Notes: generated from the sequence alone by a model not told the origin. A stretch of 64,000 nt of DNA from Bugula neritina (GCA_964035545.1 OZ037769.1:11872633-11936632), one strand, 5' to 3'; numbered from the stretch's first letter, positions 1 to 12,501 are shown. Numbers and translations are program-made.

Positions 1-1665
1 GTAATATTGTGAGAGAAAAACAGTCATATAAAAAGCTGATCAATGAGCAAAAACAATATAATGTCACAACGTAATATATTCAATAGACCCTTTTCAGTGG
101 TCTCCAATGTCTCCCTAAATTAAGAGTTGTGTCCTCCCAACATGCAAAGATGTTGCCTAAAATATGCTTAAACGCATTTTGTGGTTTCCGTTGCTGGGCA
201 ATGCAGAAATAGCAGCTATGATTAAAGTCTCAATTATCATTTGTTGTCCTGTCTGTTATATGGCCATGCAATTTATAGCTGAATTGACCTTTCAACTCTG
301 CAGTGGTCCAGTTTCACTGCTAGTTACATGTAATTACTCACATGCCTGCTCAGCAGCTTAGCTGTGTTATAGCATGTACACATAATTATACTTCGAAGAG
401 TTTGTACTACATTATGCTCAAAGGACCGTCAATGCTTTACATAGTTTCATGTTATAGCCAAAACTTTTTTAAAAGAAAAATATTACTGAGAGAAGCAAAG
501 CTCCGTTTAGGCAAAAATTTAATTAAAATATTTTATATAGTTGATTGATTTATAGCATATCACAGACATGACATGTTGCAAAATTCAGTGTGAATACTGG
601 CTATAATATAAGTAGGCATGAACAAAAATGAAAGAAAAAAAGTCAAAACTCTGTAGGATTATTTAAAATAAAAGCTCATTTAAAGTATTTACAAGAGGCA
701 GACATCTTCTAATTCAATATCATCTTGAAATATTTTGTCTGCCCTATATCTTTATTGCTTGTTTTACAACAGGTCTAATAGTTTTATTTGAAAGTTTTAA
801 TTGATTGATATGTTATACTTGGTGTGAACTTATCCTCGATTATGCATAACATTTTGTGACCCAGGATCAGCCAAGCCAGCTGTAAAACTACAGCTAAGTT
901 TCAATAAGACTAGCTAATGTAGATATTTAGAGCATGAGAGGTTGAGAAGCTATAACCTTAAATGGTTTCACTGAAAACTCAAGCAAAAAGTTAATAACTC
1001 AATATTTTCAACATACTTTCACTGCTTCCTTTATCAGAATCTGCTTCATACTTTTCAACCAGAAATTCTTTCAGAAGCAATTTTCAGATAATTCAGTTTA
1101 CCTATGTTGCAATTTGATGAGTTGGGAAACTTGGGTTTTCAGGTTCAGTAGTGGCTGGCTTAGCTTGGCCTTTTACCTATTTCATTATATAACTATGTTT
1201 TAATCTACCACCTACATTAACTAGGACCTTGAGTCTACTGCAGCTGACAGAGATGACTACTACACACCAGTAGGTGCAGTAATGGAAAAGTTGAGAAAAG
1301 CCTGCGTTTCAGATTAGAAATGTAGCAAAAGAAGTTATGTTATGCGCAACACCAAAATTTAGAAAGAAATTCAAAAAACTTAGGCTATCTCAATTTCTTC
1401 ACTACTGCTCCTATAGGCTACTACAAACCACAGGCATAATATTAAGAAATAACAAAACTGTAACACAAAAACCTGAATGCCAACAGCTAAAAGGCTATCG
1501 AGGTTTATCTAGATATATTTATTTGATCACAATTGTTGCAAGTGCAATAGATGCATTTAACCTGCTAGAAAATTAAACGACATGTATTAATCCACATTTC
1601 ATATTCGTTTGATGATACAAGTTTAACCAGTCTATTTAATAATATATCTTATATCTAGTCATGCC

Positions 1666-2117
1666 TGTATTGGTATGTCACCCAGATGTATTGGCAGGCA
1701 GCCAATCATTAAAGCTTTCAAGCTTCAAAGCTTTCACCAGAGCTACTATTAGCTGGCAGAGCTAGTGCATTCACTGTACTGCATGAGTCAGTGTATCATG
1801 ATCAAACCGCCATATTTACACTCTTTGTAAAAATAAACTATCGGTTTCGGTATTGTGATGGCTAAGAATTTTACCTACGCATCAATATTGTAAGTTTATT
1901 AGAATTATAATAGTTCATGTCAATTTGTTTGGTTCTGTAATGTTCATGGTGTTCCTCTGAATTTTGATTTATATTGTGACTACTTACTTATACAATTTCT
2001 AATGTTTCCCATTTTTCTAGGGTACGATTTGACAGTAAATAAACTCGAAAACCTGTTGCCAAGTTGGCTAGTAGTTAAAGCATATCTTGCAACCAGACAC
2101 AAACACAAACCGATACA
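1666..2117 (+). repeat. 5' LTR of BEL/Pao element (452 bp)
   Basis: TGTATTGG...CCGATACA; about 9 substitutions versus the 3' LTR counted by eye; AATAAA at 2038-2043. Confidence 0.95.
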
Positions 2118-5100
2118 GTACCAATATTGGTGAGGCTGACATGGACCGACAGGACATAGTTAATCTCAAGAAGCAACGTACTACTCTGAGGTCTAAGGTA
2201 ACAATGCTAACTAATCTCGTAGAATCAGCAATCTCTAGTAGCAACTCTACACAGGTGGAATGCCTGCGATCTCAGCTTGAATCTACATATCAAGAGTTTC
2301 TAACTATCCATTATGACTTTTTGGAATACGTTTCATCAGATGAGTCTATGGAAGACATTGCTTATGTTAATAAGATGAGTCCAGTAGAGTACTATCAAAC
2401 TGTAAAGGCTAGTTATGACAAAGCTATTTCTGACTGTAATACTTGGCATAGCAAATTATATAAAGTCAAGCACAGCCTTATTTTAGCAATTAAGAAAGCC
2501 AATGGATTAGTTGCTGATTGTACTGACAATACTCTTATCACTGAACATTATAGGAAATGTGTAGCTCTTACAGAAAGTTTGGCAGATACCATAGGTTTTT
2601 CTGATTTATTATTAGAACTAGACGAAGTTATTTTATCTTTAGATTATTGTATGTCTAAGTTTACTCTTATGTCAAGGGCTCAGTCACAGAGCATGAATTT
2701 TGAACACCGTGAATCTGATCCGTCCGTGGTCCGGTCTCGCGGAGAGCGGTATGGGTGGGGGGTCACCTTCAGACGGCGCGAGTCATGCACCGACTATGGT
2801 CGCGTCGAGTCGGTTGTTTCCTCCTAGATCACAGCCTAGCACACATGAGGCTACTCTTGCACCAAATCCAGGTATCACAGCAAGCGGTAGTGATAGGCAG
2901 GTACTATGGGAAGATCACACATCCGGTGAAGCTTTGGCATCAAATCCAGGTGTCATAGCAAGTACCAATGTCAGAGATGTTCGTTCTTCTACATTCTCAG
3001 TACGTGATCTACAAGGTAGTACTGATCGTGCAGCTCATTCTGAATTTTTGATTCGCGGCGCAACTTCCTCGGTTGTCAATGCATATGATAGCTACCCTAA
3101 TGGAACTAGTCAAATAAGTTATGACTCTAGACATACAGGTGGAAATAACTTCAATTCATCTATACATAAAACTCATCCACAACCCAAGCCATTTAACGGC
3201 ACCAGATACCATTGGCCGGAATTTAGGTCAGTATGGCTAAGATATGCCACTATCTTTTACGATGATGTTGATAGGGCTTGTGAATTAAAAAAATTTCTCA
3301 CAGGCGAAGCTCTGGAGATGGTTCAGCCAATCTTCGCAACTCAGCCTCAAGCTTACGAGAGAATGATGTGTAGATTAGAAGAGGTCTACAATGATCCTAG
3401 CATGAGTGTGCAAGCAGTCTTCAACAATCTACAAGAACTAAAGCCAGTAAAGGAAGGAGATGCACGAGAACTCGTCAAAATGGCCAACGCAGTAGAAAGT
3501 TCGTACAGCCAACTCGGTGAAGTGGGACTTTTGCAAACTGTTACGCTGCCACAAGTCGATACTCTTGCAAATCTATTACATACAAGCATTAGACGGGACT
3601 GGGATAGACACTTTCACATGCTTACTCACGAGGAGAGAATCAAGCCATTCCCACACCTCATGAGGTTTCTAGAGCAGGAACGGCAGATAGCCCTCAGACG
3701 TATAGAAACTGTAAGCCCGCAGTCCTCCAGTATGCATAAACAGAAGGTGAAAACGTTCCACACTGAAAGTAGTGGCCCAAAGTCTAGTAGTAACAGGTCT
3801 ACTAATAATAGCAAAATCATTGATAGTAAGAATTACTGTTTTATTCATTGCAGTAAGCGTCATTGTCTTGTTGAGTGCAGAAATTTCTTGGCGTTGTCTG
3901 TAGATGAAAGATACAAGTTAATAAAAACTAATTATCTATGTGCTAGATGCTTGAGCGCCCATGAGCCTAAGTGCTGTCCAAATTTCCGAACCCCTTGTTC
4001 AGTCTGTGATAAAACAACTCACCATGTATTATTGTGCATCAAATCAGCTGAAACTAATACACATACCAATTTTAATACCAACAAGAATAAAGTAAAAGCT
4101 GATCAAATTAAGCACAAGAGTAACAAGAATTCTGAAGCGTCTGCTGTTAGCACCACGGTCCATGTGTCTCCTAATCATGGAGCGCACAATCATCCAGGAA
4201 ATGCTACAGTATTTGCCATTCAGCAGGCCCAAGTAGTGGGTACATCTCATACAGCTATTATATTCTTTGACGGCGAATCCAATGCTTCATTCATATCGGA
4301 GAGAGCCGCTAAAGCGTGGGGTGCGCGACAAATAGATAAGGTGAATTTAGAAATGAACACACTTGGTGAACATGAAGTTAGCGAAACTTCTACTATTTAC
4401 GAAGTAAAGTTACAAACTCTAAAGGGAAGGACCTTTGCGATTTTAGCTTACAGTCTTCGGAAACTCACAGGGGCTATCAACAGGCCACTTGATGCAAACA
4501 TCCTCGGATCTCTGTTCCCAAAAGTAGACACTAGCAAGCTATTGAAGAAGACGGGACCTATCGACCTGCTAATTGGTAACGATCTCCTTGGATTGCATCC
4601 AAAACACCAAGTTGATCAAGCAGGACCGCACCTCTATGTATATTCCGGACCCTTTGGACTGTGTGTGCAGGGATCACACCCGGCCTTTAGCAACTTTTCT
4701 ACACTTCCATCCTCATCCTTTTATGTACAGGCTACCATGACGCATGAGAAGTTAGAGAGAGTTGAATTTTCTCAAAGCATTCACAACAACACGCTCAACA
4801 GTTGTGATTTGGACTTGTCTACAGTTTCTTCACCGGCCTACAGTGTCAATAGTCCCGACCCATCTCCCAGTCAGTTTGCAAAGTCATTTTCAAGACCTCA
4901 GACTATTATAAATTGTGGTGAATCACATACTATAGCCACTGAATGTTGTATGATTGAGTCAGCCGATGATTCCGACCCTTTACAGAGCCCGGGAGACCCA
5001 GACACTGAGTCTGCAGAACAAATCGGTTCTGGACAGTTGAACAGATCTTTAGAAGTCAATGACTCTACGTCCATGTCTACAGAGATTAAAAGAAAGTATG

Positions 5101-6578
5101 AATTTACTAGCAGTACCTCTATCACACAATCCACGCCTGTTCCGGCCAATGAGAGGGCAGAATCTAAAGCGATTGCTAAAGGGGTAAACAAAGCTACAGC
5201 TAAATGTTGTATAGCACCCATAAAACAAAAACTCAAGATTCCTCAACTAGAACTCAATGCAGCCGTATGGTCAAAGAGGGGCAGACAAGTTATTAAGACT
5301 GAAATGCGCTATGAGTTTGAGAAAGTTTATCAGCTTATCAATTTTAAAACGGTGCTCAAGATGCTCCAAAAGAAGTCAACAAGGTTTCATGTTTACGAGA
5401 GTGTAAGCATTAGAGAAATTCAGGGAGCAACCAATGGGGATATGAGCTGCTGGCACTGGGTAAGTGGCAAGGGAAACACAGCAGATTGGCTTACAAGAGG
5501 GAAGCCTGTCAATGACATTGGACCTGCGAGTGAATGGTGGAGAGGCCCAAATTTTCTCTATCTGCCTGAGGATCAATGGGATATAAAATTGCCATCTGAC
5601 TCGAATGAGCTTGTCTTTGGAGAGAAGAAAATGGTTTACACCGTCACTGCATCAACAGAAATCCAATCATTTATTAAATATGAAAATTTTAGCAGTCTAA
5701 CATGGACAATAGCTCAAGTTCGCAACATCTTCAAGTACAAAAGTTTTAAGGGAATCCAACCTGATCTCGTCACCATGACAGATCTACGGCAGACCAAACT
5801 CTACTTACTGAAGCAGGTACAACGCACTATAGATTCTGAGTTGAACAAGATTAAAAGGAAATACACAAGACTTCACCCCATTAAGACAGAGAGTGGAGTA
5901 TGGATAGTAGGCAGTAGACTCCTAAAGCATAACCTCATGACAGCGATTAAAACGCAAATGCAATCAATCCTTCCCACCACTCACTACTTTACCTACTTGG
6001 CAATGCGGCAGGCACATACAGACAGCTATCACCGTGGCCGAGATGCAACACTCGCAAGATTCCGAGAAGAGTTTTGGACTATGCAGGGATCTAGGGTTGC
6101 TAGGGGCATAGTAACATCATGCCAAATGTGTCGACTCAAACAACCTCGCTTTAGTGATCAACTGATGGGAAGTCTACCTACAGAACGACTAACGACCTGA
6201 CCGCCGTTCAACAATGTAATGATAGATCTTTTTGGTCCGTATATTGTGAGAGGAGAAAAACAGACTAGAACTTTGAGCAAAGCTTATGGAGTAATATTCA
6301 CAGACATCAGTTCACGAGCAGCACACATCGAAGCAGTTTTCGGATATGACAGTGATTCTTTCCTGTTGGCATTAACTCGATTTGTCAACAGTCGTGGCTG
6401 GCCATCCAAGATTTATTCTGATCCTGGAACACAGTTAGCTGGAGCAGAAAAAGAACTCAAAGATATGTGGAGACGCATGGACAAAGGTTCTATCAAGAAA
6501 ACCAGTGCAGAAAATGGGTTGCAATGGGAATTTGGACTCGGTGACAGCCCCTGGTATCAGGGCGCTGCTGAATCACTC

Positions 6579-6796
6579 TCGAGTCAAGAGTTGTGTTTCC
6601 GAGACTTGCGTAATGCAAACTACTGCACAGAAACTGCCTACAGAGCAATCCTGCAACAAGCACAACTCCACCAGATCACCTCATTTGCTGGAGTAAACCC
6701 CTGATCAACTAGGGAGTGTTATCTACCCCTAGCAACCGTGTAACAGGTTCATCAGTTGAGTTGTGCTGCAGAAATCATGTGCTTATACTAACACAA
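6579..6796. mobile_element. 218-bp unclassified insertion with 13-bp TSD (probable truncated non-LTR element or SINE)
   Basis: TGCTGAATCACTC duplicated at 6566-6578 and 6797-6809; removing the insert restores integrase AAESLIKAV. Confidence 0.8.
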
Positions 6797-6823
6797 TGCT
6801 GAATCACTCATAAAGGCTGTCAA

Positions 6824-7579
6824 CACAGGATAGTTAAAGGCAACCTTTTAGCTGCAACTGCCTTGCTGAGGTTTGCATTGTAATCATATAAGAATTCAGT
6901 ACCAGTAAAATAAAATCTCACCTAATTGTGCTAGAGTCAAAATTTAAAAGCTATGTTGTAGATCTTCTTTTTCCCCAGGGCAAGTTTTTTGGAAATAACA
7001 ATTTTCATTTTTTTTGCAAAGTTATAGACAAAAAACTGGCCAATTTTGGCCAATTTTGCCTGAAAAGCTGACTTTTCAGTACCAGTAAAATATCTCTGCA
7101 GCAAAACATGATATCTGAATAGAAATCGCACTGTTGGAATCCTGAGATATTTCTCCAGTGCAAGTTTTTTTCTTTTTCCAATAACTCTGCTAGATTGCTC
7201 ATAAAGTGGTGATTTATACACTGAAAATGCCATATTTTTTCATAAGAAACTAGCAGCGCGCAGCACTTCACGCTTCAATGAGCACGTAGGGATGAGAAGA
7301 TATTGGCGCGTACATGCTAATTACAGGCTTGCTAGTTGGCAGGCTAATATGAATAGCTCGCTTTGTACTTTGTTTATGTAGCACCCATAATGGAATTTTG
7401 ATAGATAACACAGCCCTAATGAAGGTTGCTGCTTATTGGTTGTAGTTTAATCTTAGGCTAAACAATTACAAGTAGGCAACACGCATGCCACCCGCAAAGC
7501 AATATTATTCAAGAACCTGAACTACATTTTGAGAGAAATTTATGATATTCTTAGTGAGGATGCCCTTAACTATCCTGTG
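6824..7579. mobile_element. Non-autonomous TIR DNA transposon (CAC...GTG ends, 2-bp TSD; CMC/EnSpm-like), copy 1
   Basis: TIR CACAGGATAGTTAA(A/G)GGCA / TGCCCTTAACTATCCTGTG; TSD AA; removal restores GTC AAG AGA (VKR) of the integrase. Confidence 0.9.
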
Positions 7580-8370
7580 AAGAGATGTTTCACATTTTCA
7601 ATGAGCAACCGCCGGCTTTCACCTACAGAATTTCTCACAATCTGCACTGAAGCTGCAAACACACTAAATGAAAGGCCATTGGGATTACTGCCAGATTCAG
7701 ACTCCGAGATCAACATATTAACACCTAACTGTCAACTTATTGGACGACCCTTCATCAAGAATCCTGGCAACTGGAATACAGACTACTCCTTAAGGGGGCA
7801 ACTGGCTCTGGTAAATACAGTCTTAGAGGACTTCTGGCGGAAGTGGACTGAATTGTATGCACCCACACTGATTCATCACCAAAAGTGGCATACCCCACGA
7901 CGAAACTTTCAGATGGGAGATGTTGTAGTTGTTATGGATTCAAATCAGTTGCGTAATCAGTATAAACTAGCTCGAGTACATCAAGTATATCCGAGCAAGG
8001 ATGGCGTAGTAAGGAAAGTAGCCCTTTCCTACAAAAACTATAAGGTAACAGGGAAACTGAGGGACTATGTTGGCAGTAAAGACACTATCATAACTCGCAG
8101 CGTGCATAGGTTGGCTTTATTAACTGAGGTGAACCCATAAATGACTGATCTACCTTCTTGGCCGCGTGTACGCTCGTGTCGCTGGAGGGGGTTTGCATTC
8201 AACCGTTTTCCGGGGGACGGGCTGGTGCGCGGAGGGGTCAGCGAATTGGTGCAAGAATTTCATGGTCTGTGACTGATCCTATTTTGTTTTGTTTGTTTTG
8301 TTTGTTTTGATTTACATAATTTATCAATATTTGTCAGAATAGTATCTGCCAAACAATTCGACCCCACCGA

Positions 8371-8822
8371 TGTATTGGTATGCCACCCAGATGTATTGGC
8401 AGGCAGCCAATCATTAAAGCTTTCAAGCTTCAAAGCTTTCACCAAAGCTACTATTAGCTGGCAGAGCTAGTGCATTCACTGTACTGCATGAGTCAGTGTA
8501 TCATGATCAAACCGCCATATTTACACTCTTTGTAAAAATAAACTATCGGTTTCGGTATTGTGATGGCTAAGAATTTTACCTACGCATCAATATTGTAAGT
8601 TTATTAAAATTATAATAGTTCATGTCAATTTGTTTGGTTCTGTAATGTTCATGGTGTTCCTCTGAATTTTGATTTATGTTGTGACTACTTACTTATACAA
8701 TTTCTATTGTTTCCAATTTTTCTAGGGTACGATTTGACAGTTAATAAACTCGAAAACCTGTTGCCACGTTGGCTAGTAGTTAAAGCATATCTTGCAACCA
8801 AACACAAACACAAACCGATACA
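8371..8822 (+). repeat. 3' LTR of BEL/Pao element (452 bp)
   Basis: Near-identical copy of 1666-2117, followed by TSD ATGCC. Confidence 0.95.
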
Positions 8823-9175
8823 ATGCCGTTTCTGCATACGGCGGCGCCGACAATTAAGACGGTCAGGATGGCAGAATATAAATACCCGCCAACCAAAGAC
8901 AAGCTCAAATATATAAACTACACCTTCCGGCGCCCACTGACACACTCTGACTGTACTAGCAACTAGCAGGATCACTCATGTAATCACTTCGATGCTTGTA
9001 TATTCTTTTCTGGACTGATGTACATTATTTTTAGTCATATGTTGTTTATATAAATATAATTCTCATGTCCAGGATCAAGTTGTTCGGCTCCTAACATAAC
9101 CTCACAGTGTGATGCAGTAATTAATAACGCACAACCAGACCCACTTACTAGAAGTGCACGAAACTACAACAATAT
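8823..9175 (+). mobile_element. Gypsy-family LTR remnant (solo) interrupted by the BEL element; left part near 1615-1665
   Basis: Shares blocks (ATGCCGTTTC, GGTCAGGATGGC, GGCGCCCACTGACACA, GACTGTACTAGCAACTAG, GATGCAGTAATTA) with the reverse complement of the LTR at 55042-55451. Confidence 0.8.
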
Positions 9176-9278
9176 TCCATGCTCCCCTTTTGGGGATTAA
9201 CTAAATGAAAGCAATTAAAAGGAAAATATCTCTTTTTTGAATATATGTGTCCTTAAAATAATTGTGCAAACTAATTGT

Positions 9279-9726
9279 AATACCTTATTAGGCCCAAGAA
9301 TGCCCGGAGTCCAATCAAATCCTTGGGCGTGACCCAGTCTTCTACTGCTCGTACCTTTTGGGGGTCCGTCGCCATGTCTTACCATCCACAATGTGCCCTA
9401 GGTACTTAACCTCCGGCTGCAAAAGAGCGCACTTGGAAGCTTTCAGTTTTAGACTGGCACCTCGATCTGAGTCGATCGAAAACCTCCTTCAGATGACTGA
9501 CATGAGTCACAAAGTCTGAAGAGATCACGATGACATCATCAAAGAAGGCGAGCAGCGCCTTTCAGTGGAGCCCACTGAGGACCTGCTCCATGAGCCTATG
9601 AAAAGTGGCCGGGGTGGAGGTCAAGCCGAACGGCAACACCTTCAATTTTTAGAGCAGCCTTATCTTAGGTATTAGGACTAAGGGGCACCTGCCAGTACTG
9701 CTGAAGTACTTGCTACCAGCCAGGGC
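9279..9726 (-). mobile_element. Degenerate Gypsy reverse-transcriptase fragment
   Basis: Minus strand reads VLPFGLTSTPATF...FFDDVIVIS...EVKYLGHIV...ATDPQKVRAVEDW...LRAFLGL; similar to 51650-52020. Confidence 0.85.
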
Positions 9727-9727
9727 T

Positions 9728-10477
9728 AAGAACTAAGACTTCATGTTGTCGAAGGCATGATGAGTGCTACTAAATACTGTGATGTGTTAGAAAAAGTAAT
9801 GCTTCCATCATTGAGATATCTCTTTCATGGACCATGGCTGTACCAAAAGGATAACACACTTTGCAATACAGCCAAGAAGCTCAAGAAGTGGAGGAAAGAC
9901 CGTGACGGGAGATCTCTCAGCTGGCCTGCCCAATTGCCAGATCTCAATCCAATTGAGATTTTATAGCGTAATATTTGTCAACTAATTGGAAAAGACAAGC
10001 AAACAAGATCAAGAGAAGGCTGATTAAGCTCATTATACAGTCTTGGTTTTGAGTGGTATCCCCAGAACTGCTCTCCGGCCTTGTTGCCAGCTTGCCAAAA
10101 CGCTGCCGAGCTGTGATGGACAACAAGGGTTATCAACAAAATATTAGGATGCATCTAATAACCCCAATGGCCCTTTCCAGGGCCACCATTTTAACATCAA
10201 AGAGTTATGTTCAAAAAATAAGCAAAAATAATTGCAATTTTTCAAAAAATTAGGTTGTAATTTTACTACAATTTTCAATTTTATTACTAAAATGGCTCAA
10301 AATTGTACTAAAGAAACTGAAATCTGCCAATTATCTAAAATATTCTTGCAGAGAAAATATTTAGCTATCCATTGATATGCATATTACCCAATATCACCTT
10401 ATAAATATTGAGCAAATTATCAATCACTAATAAATATTAAATTTATTTTAAGCGGTGCGGTAATTAAGATCACCACT

Positions 10478-10478
<1 letters not shown>
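9728..10478 (+). mobile_element. Tc1/mariner transposon 3' fragment (decayed transposase and right TIR)
   Basis: YQKDN...WPAQLPDLNPIE...LVASLPKRCRAV..NKGY with in-frame stops; terminus ...CACCACTG followed by TA at 10479. Confidence 0.88.
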
Positions 10479-10480
<2 letters not shown>

Positions 10481-10566
<86 letters not shown>

Positions 10567-10595
10567 CACACTCACACTCACACTCACACACGCAC

Positions 10596-10644
<49 letters not shown>

Positions 10645-10825
10645 GCACACACACTGCACACGCACATATTGCGCACGCACATATTGCACACACACTGCAC
10701 ACATATTGCACATGCACATATTTCTCACATGCATATATTTTACACGCATATATTGTACGCATATACTGTACACGCATATATTGTACACACACATACTGTA
10801 CACGCATATACTGTACTGTGCATAT
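10481..10825. repeat. (CA)n microsatellite and CA/TA-rich degenerate repeat
   Basis: Direct inspection. Confidence 0.95.
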
Positions 10826-12499
10826 GTATAGAACAGAATTAAACAACCTGACTTTCATACTTGCCAAGGTTCTCTTAGGACTTAGAACCATTTGATAGTA
10901 AACTAATATTATCACCTTTTATTAAACTTGTTTTTATCAAATCACTTCATATATACCATAACTTTTGTAAGATTTAAATTATCAAGTTCAAAAAGTGTAA
11001 ACCAAGTAAAAGAAGAATTTTATGAAACAGAAAAGCTGTAAAAATTGTAATTAAATTGCTTCATAATGTTGCCTTCAATCATTGATCCTTGTCAATTCAT
11101 AGTACTCACAGTCCTTGCGCTCTAATAAGTACCTTGATGTTCTCTACCAACTATTTGGTAGCTACTCAAATAAAAGTCACCGCTTACTATAGTTAACTCA
11201 GTAAAACTGCTCATTTGTTTGTACCTAGATATAATTTGCTGGTTACTAATCAGTATTCACAAAAAATTCACTGCTCATAAAAAGCAGGATGTGCATGTGG
11301 GTACATAAGTAGCAAAATCATCATGTTCAATTTCACTCTGTGATGATGTAGGACTGAAGTTATAAAAGTTCTCTTGAAGTCATTGCAGCTCAATAGGTCA
11401 AAATTTATTGGATTTGTAGTCTTTTATACTTGGCTTCCAATAGATTCAAATTCCGGTAGTGTTTTTTTAATATTAAAAGCATGTTTATTGACTTATACAT
11501 TGGATCATGCAATGTAACAAGGAATCAAGAAAGCAGTATGGTTGATTAGGTAAAGTCAAAAGACTACATAATTGATTGTACTAGCACACTATTTAGTTAA
11601 ACAAGTTCAACTCTGTGACAACGTGGGGTTTATCCATCACAGTCCTTATATACATGTATGGCTATTGTAAAATGCTAATCATCAGTTAATCATTAACCAA
11701 TCCAAATAAGTCAATCTTCAGCCAGTTTAATAAGAGATAGTGTGGCGTATTATAGTAATAAATTTTAAGCGGATAAAGTTATGCACAATGATACGCTAAG
11801 GTAACAAAGCATAGTATGAAAGTTGTATCACTTCTGTAAAACCGCAATGCCTTACAGTATTATATATAATATAGGAAGCTACACTAACATTAGAAGAATC
11901 TCGTAACATTGACATTTAAACCTGCATAGACAAAAATACCCCATAGTTAAAGTTCTTGCTGATTCTTCAAACTTTTGGCTACAATTGGAAGGATTGCCAA
12001 AGCTCCAGTCATTCCACAGCAGCAAAGGAAAATTATTCCAAATTTTTCATTAGCGGCTTGAGAAATGTAGGCTAAAAACAAACCAGAATTTTAATTTGAC
12101 AGATCTTTATAATTGCACAAATTTTATAATTTCAGAGTCTATATTTTTTTTATTTTGTATAGTGCACTAGCTGGTATTTATTAGAATAATTTAAAGGCCT
12201 CTTCGTAACTAAGAAAATTGAGCGTCGGTAAAAAGTTCTGTTTGATTTATTGTTACTTTTTAAAAATGAACAAATGAAAACTTTTGTAGCCTAATATAAC
12301 TAAGTTCTTACCACTGAGGGGGACAAGTGCTATGCCCCCTATTCCTTCGAAGAAACACTCTATATATACCATAACAGACTGTTCTGAGTAATCTAAAACA
12401 CTCAAACATGGTGCCCCCTATGAGCAGCCCCCTATGGGCACAGAGCCCCCTATGGATGTTATACATACCAAATTGACCACCTATGAACCCAAATATGAA

Positions 12500-12501
<2 letters not shown>

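Larger units (their letters stand above)
2141..8140 (+). pseudogene. Disrupted BEL/Pao gag-pol polyprotein (gag, Zn knuckles, aspartic protease, partial RNase H, integrase)
   Basis: ATG 2141 (MDRQD); frameshift within 2700-2827; gag PFNGTRYHWPEF...LTGEA; three Cys/His knuckles; protease IFFDGESNASFI...DLLIGND; AKCCIAP...IPQLEL, NTADWLTRG, WWRGPNFL; HHCC finger; stop at 6198; integrase IDLFGP / YSDPGT / AAESLIKAVKR once the two insertions are removed; C-terminus FWRKW...RSVHRLALL to TAA 8140. Confidence 0.92.
1666..8822 (+). mobile_element. BEL/Pao LTR retrotransposon, non-autonomous (RT deleted, nested insertions)
   Basis: Direct repeats 1666-2117 and 8371-8822 (TGT...ACA), 5-bp TSD ATGCC at 1661-1665 and 8823-8827; internal gag, protease, RNase H-like and integrase motifs in BEL order. 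Confidence 0.96.

Noticed and set aside
6660-6766. Hammerhead or C/D snoRNA on the minus strand of the 218-bp insert
   Set aside because: CUGAUGA is present, but there is no correctly placed GAAA/UH and the D box reads CUGG; kept only as an unexplained structure.
6937-7271. ORFs within the CAC MITE, also at 52959-53195 and 60478-60825
   Set aside because: Lengths and stops differ among copies and there are no transposase motifs; recurrence reflects repeat copies.
9176-9196. PPT-like AAAAGGGGAGCA on the minus strand next to the Gypsy LTR remnant
   Set aside because: Homology to the PBS-bearing LTR at 55042-55451 shows this end is U5 on the plus strand, so the match is likely coincidental.
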